This document shows positions 1 through 11,860 of a stretch of 64,000 nt of DNA, piece after piece. Origin of the DNA: Lama guanicoe. Its lineage: Eukaryota. The stretch lies in the NCBI GenBank assembly GCA_013239625.1, contig MU053561.1, positions 4,819,214 to 4,883,213 of the forward strand. Direction: 5' to 3'. The first letter of the stretch is position 1, and each line of letters starts with the position of its first letter. Position numbers and translations under genes: made by a program. Below the pieces are notes generated by a model, which was not told the DNA's origin, ran no database searches, and was given only the letters and a program-made list of their open reading frames with translations.

Positions 1-150
1 TAGGTTCTAAGTCCGCTCAGAGGGCACCATTGTGAGTGGCTGCAGAGCCTGGGCTGCAGGCCTGTCCTCACTGGGGGATGGCGGCAGCCGCTGATGACTT
101 GGTTTCAGCATCCTTTGTTTACTGATGTGGTTGCAGTAGTTTCATTTACA
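1..150 (-). mobile_element. Terminal fragment of an ERV1-type LTR, cut by the window edge
   Basis: Ends ...catcctttgtttactgatgtgg...catttaCA, resembling the reverse-complement terminus of MER4-group-like LTRs (recall). Confidence 0.45.
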
Positions 151-659
151 TTGCAGTGTTTTCGTTCACAGTAGTCAGAGCTCTACTCCATCTTGTGGTT
201 CTCCTAGGGTGTACTTTGCAAAACTGGGAGAGCTTCAGCTATGCTCCCATAAAAGAAAGAAAATGTTTTTATTGTAACATAGTTTGGCCTCAGCTTTCCC
301 TGAGATCTGGAGAACAATGGCCCCTAATGGCTCTGGCTGTTGTATCAAAGTGAGTTTTTGGAATTGGTTGGGCATTTATCTTGGGTGTGTGAGTGAACGC
401 TATATATATTATGGCCTGTTACTGCTGTTTCACTGAATTGGATATTTGGAAACTGGAGGAAAAACTCCCCAGAAATGGCCATGATGACTAGTTTTTGCAT
501 ACGCAGTTAGAGGAAGCTTGTTTTCTAGGAGAAACTTGCATTTCCCTCCCCATGCCTTTATAATGTAAATGTTCTGCGTGGGCTCTCAGAGACTTATCTG
601 ATCTTCTGTAGTCCCTGGGAATGAGAAGAGAGAGGCCTTTTTAAACACAAGCAGAAAAA

Positions 660-778
660 ATGTGACAATGAATATATATATGCTCATGTGTGACTGAAAA
701 ATTGTGCTCTACACTAGAATCTGACACAACATTGTAAAATGACTATTAATCAATAAAAAAGCAAATAAAAATAAAAAT
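660..778 (+). mobile_element. Very short 5'-truncated L1 3' tail
   Basis: L1 3'UTR end (gactgaaaaattgtgctctacac...caataaaaaa). TSD aaacacaagcagaaaaa at 643-659 and 779-795. Confidence 0.9.
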
Positions 779-1146
779 AAACACAAGCAGAAAAACAGAT
801 CTCTGATTCTGTCTTTTTGTGAAAGTTAAACTTGTCAATGAGCTCTAATTAACCTAAAAGTAATCTCTTACAAGTTAAATACTTATAAATATAAAAGAAA
901 CCATCCAGAACAAATTTCAGGTTCAAGTGATCTAGGAAATAGTCAATACTAAATTAATATCAGATATTAAAGCTAACTCAAAACTTGTTGGTTTAATCAA
1001 TAGAGACATCTTAGTTTTATGTTCCTAGGTTTACTGATAGCCAGTAAGTTCATGTTATTTGTTAGTTTGTCAGCAAAAACAAACAAACAAACCCCCAAAA
1101 CAAACTTGGTATGATTTTCATAAATTATAAAAGTAAATGAGATAGT

Positions 1147-1267
1147 GGGAGTGTATAGGTCAGTGGGAGTGCGTGCTTAGCATGCACAAGGTCCTGGGTT
1201 CAATCCCCAGTACCTCCATTAAAAATAAATAAAATATATCTAATTACCCTACCATGTCCCCCCAAAA
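1147..1267 (+). mobile_element. tRNA-Ala-derived SINE (Vic-1-like)
   Basis: Head ...gcttagcatgcacaaggtcctgggttcaatccccagtacctcc followed by the attaaaaataaat...taattacc tail shared with the other copies. Confidence 0.85.
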
Positions 1268-1363
1268 CGTAAAGCAGAGTTTTCAGGTGAACTCTTTCAG
1301 GAATAATTATGTCTTGGGTATGTCTATCCAGAGTATTTTCCCCCAGAACTTTGGTAACTTGAG

Positions 1364-1808
1364 TGATGTGGGATAAGGTGGCTGGTGTCACGGGTGGTAA
1401 AAGAATTTACTAAAGGCAAAGGATAAGAATAGAAAAGGAGTTTATTAGGTTACAGCTGCTACAGACAACAAGGGGCCACACAGACGAGAGGTGCCTGTGT
1501 GAGCCCTGAGGGCTGCTTGTTGGGGTCTTTTATAAGGTCTGCTTGTGCACAAGTCTCTGGTTGGTTGTAAGTGAAGTAAGACGTTTAGGGTCCTTGAAGG
1601 GGGGTGGGGTCTATGACTCTGATAAGGTGGGCTGCACAGGCCAGCCTGAGCTGTTGTGAGATTAGGCATCACTTAGGGATGTTAGCTCTTTAGGGCAAAC
1701 ACACTCAGTAAAGAATGTACCGTATCTGCTGAGGGATCACAGGCAGACATTCCTGGAGAGCCCAGAAGCGGGGGTTGTTGGACTCTGAAGGACATCAGTT
1801 GCCCCACA
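1364..1808 (-). mobile_element. Solo LTR, 445 bp
   Basis: TG...CA termini. 5-bp TSD TTGAG at 1359-1363 and 1809-1813. Minus-strand AATAAA (tttatt at 1441) and TATA box (ttttata near 1528). Confidence 0.85.
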
Positions 1809-2460
1809 TTGAGTTAAATGATGATAATTCATTGACATCTAGGTCATTTCAAATAGTGGTTATGGACTATGTCCGTAAGTTCCAATCAGGAAGTACTGGT
1901 ATGACAGACAGCTCACAATTGCTTGCTTCTTGGTGTTTGATAGAGATTAAGGTTTTTAGGGGTTAAAATGATAATGTGTAGTTAAAGCCACTAAAATAAG
2001 GGAAACCTTTCAGTATGTCAGAAAGGTAAGATGTGTATTTTTTGGAAAAGGTTTGAAAAATGAAAAGACATTTTTTTCAAAGGAAAAGTATAATCTGTAT
2101 CCTAGAGCTGGTTGTTTCTGGATGGAAAAATAAGGGACAAACTAATGTGGATACAGAAATTTATGGAAGGTTTGTAATAAAGTGAGCCTGCCCTGAAAAA
2201 GGAGTTTTGTGCATCGTTGGGCTGAGATTAGATTAAATTTAATTAGGTAAGTGGATTTTGTTATTAAAAGTAGGCTGCTGCAGGAATAGATTTTGTTCCT
2301 TTTTGTTAAGAGAACTAAGTTTTCTTGGAATGCTGCTTTTGATAGCAGATTGTGTGAACTTCTTAGCTTTTATGTGATCTCTATTTGCTTTTGAAATTGA
2401 AAAAAAAAATTTCTTTGGAGCTTCTGGTTTCCCATTCCCCAACTTTTTGGCTTCCTTCCT

Positions 2461-2590
2461 GCCCTGCCCCCCCCCCCCCCCCACACCCCCCCCCCCTCTC
2501 CCCCCCCCCCCCGCCCCACCCCGCACCCGCACCCCCACAGCCTACCCAGATCCGTGGCCCCCTGCCCTGACCCATGCTACCCTCCACCTC
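2461..2590. repeat. C-rich low-complexity tract (G-quadruplex-prone on the minus strand)
   Basis: Several runs of 10 or more C plus many CCC tracts. Confidence 0.9.
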
Positions 2591-3322
2591 TGCCTGAAAT
2601 GGTTTGTCATTTTGATTAAGTGAAGAAAATATTCAGTGGCCTATGATCATATTTGACCAGGTGTTTTTTAATATAAACTTTGATATTTTTGACACACTTC
2701 TTATCAAATTCTAATTAAAATTCTTTTGACCTTCAGCTAACTTTGGGATGATTCAGAGGGCACCTAAGGCACCTCAGAGAGAAATACTTAACTAGAATTG
2801 TTTGATATGTTAAATTACATGGGAAGCATTGTCAAATGAGTGACAAGCCTACTCATATTATACTGTATGGGTAAATGTTATTAATACAGAAATTCTAGAA
2901 ATTATGTAAAGTTCCTGAAATTTGGAAATGTCCCGGTATAATGCTATCAGTCAATTCTAGTTATCTTAAAATGTTTGTATAGCACAGAAACTTGGCTAAG
3001 CTTCTTTGTCGAAAACATTGTAATTAGATTTTTAACCTTTGCCTTTAAGTCTTTTGTCATTTCACAGACAGTTAAGCTGATGCTTTGCAAAAATGCTTCA
3101 TCTTCAAGAAGATTCATAGAAAGGACAGTACCTGACAGGTATAGGTTTCTGATAACTTTCAGATGCTGCTGAACTGGGTAAGAAATTTAGAAAGTTTATT
3201 AAGAACTGATTTCATGAAATTTAAGTTAGCGAAAAGGGTTAGTTATATGGAATTGGCTAAACTGATGAATGTGATTATAATTTTTTGGCTTTGCCTGAAA
3301 TATTACTGGCTAATTATAATGT

Positions 3323-3420
3323 CTGACTTCACTTAGTATGAAATTCTCTAGGTCCATCCATGTTGCTGCAAATGGCAATGTTTCGTTCTTTTTTATGGAT
3401 GAGTAATATTCTATCATATA

Positions 3421-3463
<43 letters not shown>

Positions 3464-3765
3464 CCACATATTCTTAAACCAGTTGTCTATTGATGGGCAC
3501 TTGTGTTGTTTCCATGTCTTGGCTATTGTAAATAGTGCTTCTATGAACACTGGGGTGCATGACTTTTTGTGGGGTTGTATATTTTTATTGAAGTATAGTC
3601 CGTTTACAATGTTGTGTCAGTTTCTGGTGTGCAGTATAATGTAGCAGTCCATTGGATATATACACTACATCTTTATCTGATCACCTGCCAACGGACATAC
3701 ATTTAGGTTGCTTCCATGTCTTGGCGATTGTAAACAGTGCTGCTGTGAACACTGGGGTGCATGAA
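3323..3765 (-). mobile_element. Two adjacent L1 3'-region fragments
   Basis: ORF2 C-terminal remnant MFIEALFTIAKTWKQHKCPS. A second tail starts ttttattgaagtatag. Both pieces end at gaacactggggtgcatga. Confidence 0.85.
3422..3460. repeat. (TG)n microsatellite inside L1
   Basis: About 19 perfect TG units. Confidence 0.95.
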
Positions 3766-6056
3766 CTTTCAGTATTTTTTTTTAAGAGTAGGTTTAGTAT
3801 TGCTAAATTTTTTAGTTTTTGCATATCTGAGACATTCTTTCTCTCTCCATCTAAATGATAGGTTGCAGGTTTTTCCTTTTCAGAACTTTGAGTATGTCAT
3901 GCGCCTCCCTTTTGGCTTGCAAAGTTTCTGCAGAGAAATCAGCTGATACTTAAGGGGGTTCCTCTGTATGTGACTTTTTCTCTCGCTGCCTTTTAGAACC
4001 TTTAACTTTTGCCATTTTAATTACAATATGGCTTGATGTGAATTTGTTTGGGTTCGTGTTGTTTGCGACTCTCTGTGCTTCCTGTACCTATATATCTATT
4101 TCCTTCTTTAGGTTTGGGAAATCTTTAGCCATAATTTCTTCAAATACATTGCAGATCCCCTTTTCTTGCTTCTCCTTCTGGAGTCCCTGTTATGCGTAGC
4201 ACGCTTTATATTACCCCATCGATCTTGTAAGTGCCTTTCATTTTTTTCCCCCCATTTTCAGCCTGCTGTTCTGATCAGGTGATTTCCATTATTCTACTTT
4301 CTAGATCACTTATTTCTTCTTCTGTGTCATTTAGTTTGCTATTCATCGCTTGTAGGTTGGTTCATCTTTATAGTTTCTAGTTCCTTATTACAGTGATCTG
4401 CATTCTTTAATTCCTTTAGCATTCTTATTACCTCCTTTTTGAGCTCGGGGTCTAGTAGAATGGTGAGGTCTCTTTCATTATTTGTTCTCTGAGGGGATTT
4501 CTTTTGTTATTCTAATTGGGACTAAGTTCCTCTGCTTTTGCATTTTAGCTAACATTTTCTAAACTCATACAGTGACAGTTATCTACTACGGTCTTGAAGG
4601 GCTGTTTTGACGTGGAAGTGTCCCTGCGTAGACTCAGTCTGTTATTTTCGGTGTGAGGGCTGGTTTTGGTATGGGTTTCAGCTGGCCCGTTGACAGTGGT
4701 TGTGCTTGGTGTTGTGTCCAGAGCCCGCACTTGACGAGGGGCGGGGCCTTCTTTGTTCCATGGATGTCACCACCCTGTTGTGGGCAGGGCCTGCTCCCCA
4801 GTTGTTTGTTGGCGTAAAAGCCCTGAGAGCGTGTGCCCTGCCCCAAAGGACATGACCGCTGAAGCACGTGAGGCCTGTGTGGTCACAGTGAACCTAAGCG
4901 CTGCCTCTGCAGGTGTCGTGTCTGTGGTTCTGCCCAGCAGCAGCTTAGGGTCACATCCCTTTCTCCACTGTGTTTGTCCCAGATCTAGTGCTAGGCTGTG
5001 GTGTGGCACAGGTTGGAGCTGGGGGCCAGGGGCCTGTAACTGCAAGCATTGAGGTGGCTGTGCTGCCGCGTGGAACCTGGGCTGCCTCTGTGCCAGACCT
5101 CTCTCCCAGGGCCTGTCCACCCCAGTTCCAGCTCCAAGCTGTGATGTGGAGTGAGCAGAGCTGGAGTGCTCCCACAGGAAGACAGCCCACTAAGTACTTC
5201 TGCCCAGGGCCTGTCTGCCTGACACTTAGCGCCTAGCCACTCTGGGTGGCTGTGGTACCACAGTGTGTGCCCTGACAAAGTCTGCTCTGACCAGGCTTGC
5301 CCCTGCCATACGATGGTGGGTCCACGGCCACCCCTGCTGTGTGAGCACTGACAATGGGCTCCGTGCTTCCCCCTGGACCTCACCCTAGGCCCTCTGAGCT
5401 GTCTCTGCGCAGCTAGATTGAGTTTTCTCCCAGGAACTGTCTGCCTGAGATTCAGTGCCCTTTGCTGCTGAGTGTATCTGTGGCACAGCCCAGTGCCAGT
5501 GCTGACAGCATCTGCTCAGTTTGACCCACCACCCCTTACATGTGCTGGCAACATGGTTTGGCCTGGATCACACTGCAGTTACCCTGGTCTGTCTCTGCAG
5601 ACAGACCAGACCTCTGCCCTGATCTCGTGCCAGGCTGTGGCAAGACTGGGGCATTCGCCCCTTTGGATTAGGAAGCACGGTGATGTGGCAGCCACCAGCT
5701 CTGGTCTCGCTCCGCCCTGACTGTCAGCAAACCAGCGCGCATGCACTCCTGGTGAGTAGAGTCTAGGCTTCTCCAGCCTCTCTGTCCCCACAGATTTCCC
5801 AGCAGACAAGGGGGCTGTCCAGGGCGAGGTTCTGCCTGTGTGAAACTTCTCTCCTTTCCAGGGGTGCCAGTCCCACTCTGATGCCTTCCTACCCAGTTAA
5901 GTGGAGATTTTTCTTGCAGCTTTGGTTTTGTAAGATATCTTCAGCCATTTTTCAGTTGTTTTCCATGAGAATTGTTCCACATATGTATTTTTGATGTGTT
6001 TGTTGGGAGGGAGTTGAGCTCCATGTCTTCCTGCTCTACCATCTTGATTCCCCTCC
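3766..6056 (-). mobile_element. L1 5' portion: decayed ORF1 region plus GC-rich 5'UTR up to the L1 5' terminus
   Basis: Antisense ORF1-like text (gtttctgcagagaaatcagctgata...). The end reads ggagggggaatcaagatggtagagcaggaagacatggagctc on the minus strand, a typical L1 5' start. Confidence 0.75.
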
Positions 6057-6089
6057 ATTTCTATTGTCTGACAAAGGAGGCAAGTACAT

Positions 6090-6545
6090 ACATTTATTGA
6101 CCATAAGTGTGTGGGTTTATTTCCAGGTTCTCCATTCAGCTCCATTGATCTATATGGATGTCTGTTTTTGTGCCAATATCATGCTGTTTTGATTGCTGTA
6201 GTTTTGTAGTATTACCTTAAGTCTGCAAAGGTTATGCCTCCAGCTTTGTTCTCTTCCTCAGGATTGCTCTGACAATTCTTTTTTTTTTTCTGATTCCATA
6301 TAAGTTTTAGGATTTATTTTAGTTCTGTGAAAAGATGTCATGGGTATTTTGATAGGGGTTGCATTAAGTTTGTAGGTTGTTTTGGGTACTATAGCCATTT
6401 TAACAATATTAATTCTTCCAATCCAAGAGCATGGGAGATGTTTCCATATCTTTGAATTATCTTCATTTTCCTTTATCAATGTTTTATAGTTCTCAGCGTG
6501 TAGGTCTTTCAACTCCTTGGTTAAATTTATTTCTAAGCATTTTAC
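6090..6545 (-). mobile_element. L1 ORF2 fragment
   Basis: ORF 6258-6512 [14 protein letters not shown]...[22 protein letters not shown] is L1 ORF2p. Confidence 0.9.
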
Positions 6546-6559
6546 TGAAAAAGTATATT

Positions 6560-6827
6560 GTTAAGTGCACCTGGCTGGCTTTGTTTTCTTCTGCGAGGGC
6601 GTGATGGGAAAGAACGCTCCTACTGCAATTTGGTATCACTGTCTTGATTTGGGCCAAGGCACCAGCCATTTTACTCACCATTGCTTGTGTATCAGTGAAA
6701 ATGTAACACTGTGAAAAAGACAAATAATGTCTCAGTAGTTTTGTGAAAATAACTTTGACCTTGCAGACCTCCTGAAAATGTCTCAGCAACTTCCAGGTGT
6801 CTGGGGGCCATACCATGAAATCACGGA
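6560..6827. mobile_element. hAT-Charlie DNA transposon end (Charlie1-like)
   Basis: tttggtatcactgtcttgatttgggccaaggcaccagc...gtgaaaataactttgacc matches the recalled Charlie1 terminus. Confidence 0.7.
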
Positions 6828-6919
6828 TACGGTAACTGAAAAGCCTAGGCCCCTGACCAAGGTGGGATGGAAGAGAGCCACCTGGAAACTTCCCACTGAG
6901 TAGGGCCAGTCATGGACAG

Positions 6920-7447
6920 ACGACCATCAGAATGGAAACTGATTTTGGCTTACGTGGAAAAGAGATTTACTGAATGGATGTTGCGTCGCTCACAGAATCA
7001 GCAGGAGGCCTGCAGAGCCAGACCTGTAAGTTGGACAGAAATAGTTAAAAAGAGGCTGTATGTTCAGAACCTGGTCCAACATCTCACCTGAAGGCAGGTG
7101 AGGGGGCAATACCATTTTGCCACTGTAGCTGCTACAGACATGGCATGTTGCATCTTGTATCCTGATAGCCCAGCCCTGGTCCCAGGAGGCTGCTGCCATG
7201 TTGTCATCCTCACTCTTGTCACCCGGAGAGACCTTGACTCAGCCCCTGAATGAATTTCTGATTGGCTGAGCCTGGGTCACTTGCCTCATCTCTAGCTTCT
7301 CAGTAAGCTGGGGAAGCCTTATCACCTGACATCTCCAGCTCCTCTGGCAGAGTGCAGCTCTGCTTCCCACCAAGACTTATAAGAAGGGGAATTCTCCATG
7401 AGTAGGGAAGAGTTTGGATGTACAAAGCAGCCAAAAATGACAAACGC
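6920..7447 (-). mobile_element. Old MaLR LTR (MLT1-type)
   Basis: tctgattggctgagcctgggtcac and the ...gcagccaaaaatgacaaa end motif. Confidence 0.6.
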
Positions 7448-10400
7448 TGAGCCCATTTCATCTGGAGCCAGAGATCTGGGAGTAGTCAGTCAAGCGTTGA
7501 CCACTGGAGAGATGGCAAAGATATTTCCAAAGACGAGCGCATTTTAAAAAAATGAGGTAGAGTTGATTTACAATGTTATATAAGCGTCAGGTGTACAATA
7601 TAGTGATTCACAATTTTTAAAGGTTATACTCCATTTATAGTCATTATAAAATACTGGCTCTACTCCCTGTGCTGTTACAATATATCCTTGTCACCTGTTT
7701 TGCACATAGTGGTTTGTACCTCTTAATCCCCTACCTGCACACCTTGCCCTTCCCCTTTTCTCTCCCCACTGGTAACCACTTATTTGTTCTATATCTGTGA
7801 GTCTGCTTTCATTATATTCACAAGTTTATTTTTTAGATTCCACATAAGTGATACTATACAATATTCTCTTTGACTTATTTCACTAAGCATAATACCCTCC
7901 AAGTCTATCCATGTTGTTGCAAATGGCAAAATTTTACTTTTATGGCTGAGTACTATTCCATTGTGTATACACCTTCCCCCCATACACTTCTTTATCTGTC
8001 TATTGATGGGCACTTAGGTTGCTTCCATATCTTGGCTATTGTAGTTAATATTTCTATGACTATTGGAGTGCTTATATCTTTGAATTAATGTTTATTTTCT
8101 TCAAATATAGGAGTAGAGTTGTTAGATCATATGGTAATTCTATTTTTAGTTTTATGAGGAACCTGCATACTGTTTTCCACAGTGGTTGCAACAATTTACA
8201 TTTCCACCAACAGTGTACAAGTGTTCCCCTTTCTTCACATCCTTGTCAGCGTTTGTTATTTGTGGTCTTTTTGATGATAGCCATTCTGAAAAGTGTGGGG
8301 TGATATCTCATCTTGGTTTTGATTTGTGTTTCTCTGATGAGTAACAATGTTGAGCATTTTTCATGTGCCTGTTGGCCATCTATATGTCTTCTTTAGAAAA
8401 ATGTCTTTTCAGATTTTATGCTCATTTTTAAATTGTTTGTGTGTGTGTGTGTGTGTGTGTTTAGTTGAGTGAGCTGTTGATATAGTTTGGATATTAACCC
8501 CTCATAAGTCATATCATTTGCAAGTATTTGTCAGTGGTTTACTTTGCTTTGCAAAAGCTTTTCAGTTTAATTAGGTCCCATTTGTATATTTTTGCTTTTA
8601 TTTCCTTTGCCTTAGACAGATCCAGGAAAAATATTGTTAGTTTATGTCTAAGAGTGTTCTGCCTATGTTTTCCTCTAGGAGTTTTATAGTATCTGATCTT
8701 ACATTTAGGTCTTTATTCCATTTTGAGTTTATTTTTGGATATGGTGTTAGAGAATGTTCTAACGGCATTCTTTTACGTGTAGCTGTCCAGTTTTCAGCGC
8801 CACTTATTAAGAGACAGCCTCTTCTCTGTTGTATACTCTTGCCTCCTTTATTGTAGATTAATTGACCATAAGTGTGTGGGTTTATTTCTGGTCTCTCTGT
8901 TCTGTTCTATTGATCTATATGTTTTTGCGCCAGTACCATTCTGTTTTGATTACTGAAGCTTCATAGTAGTCTGAAGTCATGGAGTGTGATTCCTCCAGCT
9001 CTGTTCTTTCTGAATATTGTTTTGACTATTCAGGGTCTTTTGTATCTCCATACAAGTTTTAAAGTTATTTGTTCTAGTTCTGTGAAAAATGCCATTGGTA
9101 TTTTAATAGAGATTGCAGATTGCCTTGGGCAGTATGGCCATTTTAATATTAATTCTTCCAATCTATGGACATGGTCTATCTTTCCATCTGCATCATGTTC
9201 AATTTCTTTCAGTATCATAGTTTTCTGACTACACTTTTGCTTCCTTAAGTAGGTTTATTCCTAGATATTTTATTCTTTTTGATGCGATTGTAAATGGGAT
9301 GTTTCTTTAGTTTCTCTTTCCACTAGTACATTGTTAGTGTACAGAAATGCAACAGATTTCTGTATATCAATCTTGTATCCTGCATCTTTTAACAGATTCA
9401 TTGATGAGCTCTAGTAGTTTTTTGGTGGCATCTTTAGGGCTTTCTATGTACAGTATCATCTGCAAACAGTGACAGTTTTACTTCTTTATTTCCAATTTGG
9501 ATTCATTTTTTTCTTCTGATTACTATGGCTTGGACTCCCAAAACTATGCTGAATAAAAGCAGTGAGAGTGGGCATTCTTGTCTTGCTCCTGATCTTAGAG
9601 GAAATACTTTCAGCTTTTCCCCATTAAATGTGATGTTAGCTGTGAACTTGTCATACATGACCTTTATTATGTTGAAGTATGTTCTGTCTATACCCACTTT
9701 CTGGAGTTATCATAAATGTTGAATTTTATCAGACTTTTCCTGCATCTATTGAGATGATCATACGGTTTTTCTTCAGTGTGTTAAAGTGGTATATCACATT
9801 GATGATTTGTGGATATTGAAAAGTCCTTGCATCCCTGGAGTAAATCCACTTGATCATGGTGTGTAATCCTTTCAATGCATTGTTGGAGTCAACTTGCTAG
9901 TATTTTGTTGAGGATTTTTGCATTTATATTCATAAGTGATATTGGCCTGTAATTTTCTTTTGTGATGTCTTTGATTTTGGTATCAGGGTGATAGTGGCCT
10001 CATAGAGAAGAGTTAACACTTATCCTTCTCAAACTATTTCAAAGAACTGCAGAGGAAGGAACACTTCCAAACTCACTCTAAATGCTTGGTAGAATTCACC
10101 TGTGAGGCTATCTGGTCCTAGACTTTCGTTTGTTGGGAGTTTTTTAAATTATTGATTCAATTTCATTACTGATAATTGGTCTGTTCATATTTTCTGTTTC
10201 TTACTGGTTCATTCATTCTTTGGAATTGTACATTGCTAGGAATTTGTCCATTTATTCTAGGTTGTCCGTTTCATTGGCATAGAGTTGTTCATGGTAGTCT
10301 CTTGTGATCTTTTGTATTTCTGTGGTGTCAGTTGTAACTTTTATTCATTTCTGACTTTATTGCTGAGTCTGACTAAAGGTTTATTAATTTTATTTATCTT

Positions 10401-11199
10401 TTCAAAAAACCAGCTCTTAGTTTCATTAATCTTTTCTATTTTGTCTATTTCATTTATTTCTGCTCTGATCTTTATGATTCTTTTCTTCTAATAACTTTGG
10501 GCTTTGCTTTTTCTTTTTCTAGCTCCTTTAGGTATAAGGTTAGGTTGTTTGAGATTTTTTTTGTTTGTTTCCTTCAATAAGCTTGTATCGCTATAAACTG
10601 CCGTCCTAGAACTGCTTTTGTTGCATCCCATAGATTTTAGATCATTGTGTTTTTGTTTTCATTTGTCTCCAGGTATATTTATATATTTTGATTTCCTCAG
10701 TGACCCATTGGTTGTTTAGTAGCATATTGTTTTGCTTCATGTGTTTGTGTGTTTTGCATTTTTCTTGTAGTTGATTTCTGGTCTCATAGCTCTATGGTCA
10801 GAAAAGATTCTTTGTGATTTCAGTTTTCTTAAATTTACTGATGCTTGTCTTGTGGCCTATCATTCTGCTGGTTTTGGATGAAGTGTTCTATATATCTCTT
10901 AAGTCCATTTAAGGCCACCGTTTTCTTACTGATTTTCTGTCTGGATGATCTGTCCAGTGATGTAAGTGGGGAGTTAAAATTCCATATTGTGTTACTGTCA
11001 ATTGTCAATTTCTCCTTTAATGTCTGTTAATATTTGCTTTATGTATTTAGGTACTCCTATGTTGGGTGCATATATATGTACAGTTGTTATATCTTTGTGG
11101 CTTGATCTCTTGATTATGTTATGTCCTTGTCTCTTGGAACAGTATTTTTTTAAATTCTATTTTGTCTGATATGTATTGTTACCCTAGCTTCCCCCTGAC

Positions 11200-11500
11200 T
11201 TTTTTTTTTTTAATGTTTTAAGGTTTTTATTAAAGTATATAGTTGATTTACAGTGTTGTGTTACTTTCTGGTGTACATAAAGGTGATTCAGCTGTATATA
11301 CTTATTAATTTTTATATTCTTTTCTGTTATGATTTATTGAAGGATATTGAATGTAGTTCTCTGTGCTATACAGTAGGACTTTGTTCATCTATTTTGTATA
11401 TAGTAGTTTGTATCTGCTAATCCCAAACTCCTAGTTTATCCCTTTCCTACCCCTCTCCCCTTTGATAACCATGTTTATTTTCTTTGTGAGTCTTGTTCTG
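11200..11500 (-). mobile_element. Nested younger L1 3' tail
   Basis: Poly-T, then ttttattaaagtatatagttgatttacagtgttgtgtt..., the L1 3'UTR in antisense. Confidence 0.85.
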
Positions 11501-11549
11501 TAAAACCTTGCCTTTTAAAATATCCAGATAACCCATTGATTATTTCCTC

Positions 11550-11860
11550 TAGTAAATTACCTGCAATGGTAGAAGGACATCCTCTTTCCCTGGACACATT
11601 CCCCATTTGCCCTGTGACCTTGCTGCCCATCCTATCAAGAGATGGAGTCTTTCTCCTCCCCTTAAATCTGGTTCCTATGAATTTCTTTGCCCTGGAGAAT
11701 GTGGTAGAGTGACATTGTATGTTTTGGAGACAAGGCCTCCGGAAGCCCTGCAGCTTCCTGTCTTGTCCATTGGCATGCTGCTCTAAGATGACCAGGGAAA
11801 GTAGCCTAGAGGAGGATGAGAGGCCATCTGGACAAGAACTGAGGCTCCACTCGACAGACT
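11550..11860 (+). mobile_element. MLT1-type MaLR LTR fragment embedded in the L1
   Basis: gtgaccttgctgcccatcctatcaagagatggagtc...ggaagccctgcagcttcc...gaactgaggctcc are MLT1 motifs (recall). Confidence 0.7.

Larger units (their letters stand above)
151..3320 (+). mobile_element. Decayed AT-rich ERV1 internal region (MER-int-like), interrupted by younger inserts
   Basis: Motifs such as cagctaactttgggatg...cagagggc and atcaaattctaattaaaattctttt are typical of non-autonomous MER-int sequence. The flanks rejoin across the nested inserts. Confidence 0.55.

Noticed and set aside
2239..2587. Gly-rich and Pro-rich ORFs
   Set aside because: Artefacts of the poly-C tract.
4545..5809. Cluster of overlapping GC-rich ORFs / apparent promoter
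   Set aside because: It lies between L1 ORF1 remnants and the L1 5' terminus, so it is best explained as L1 5'UTR.
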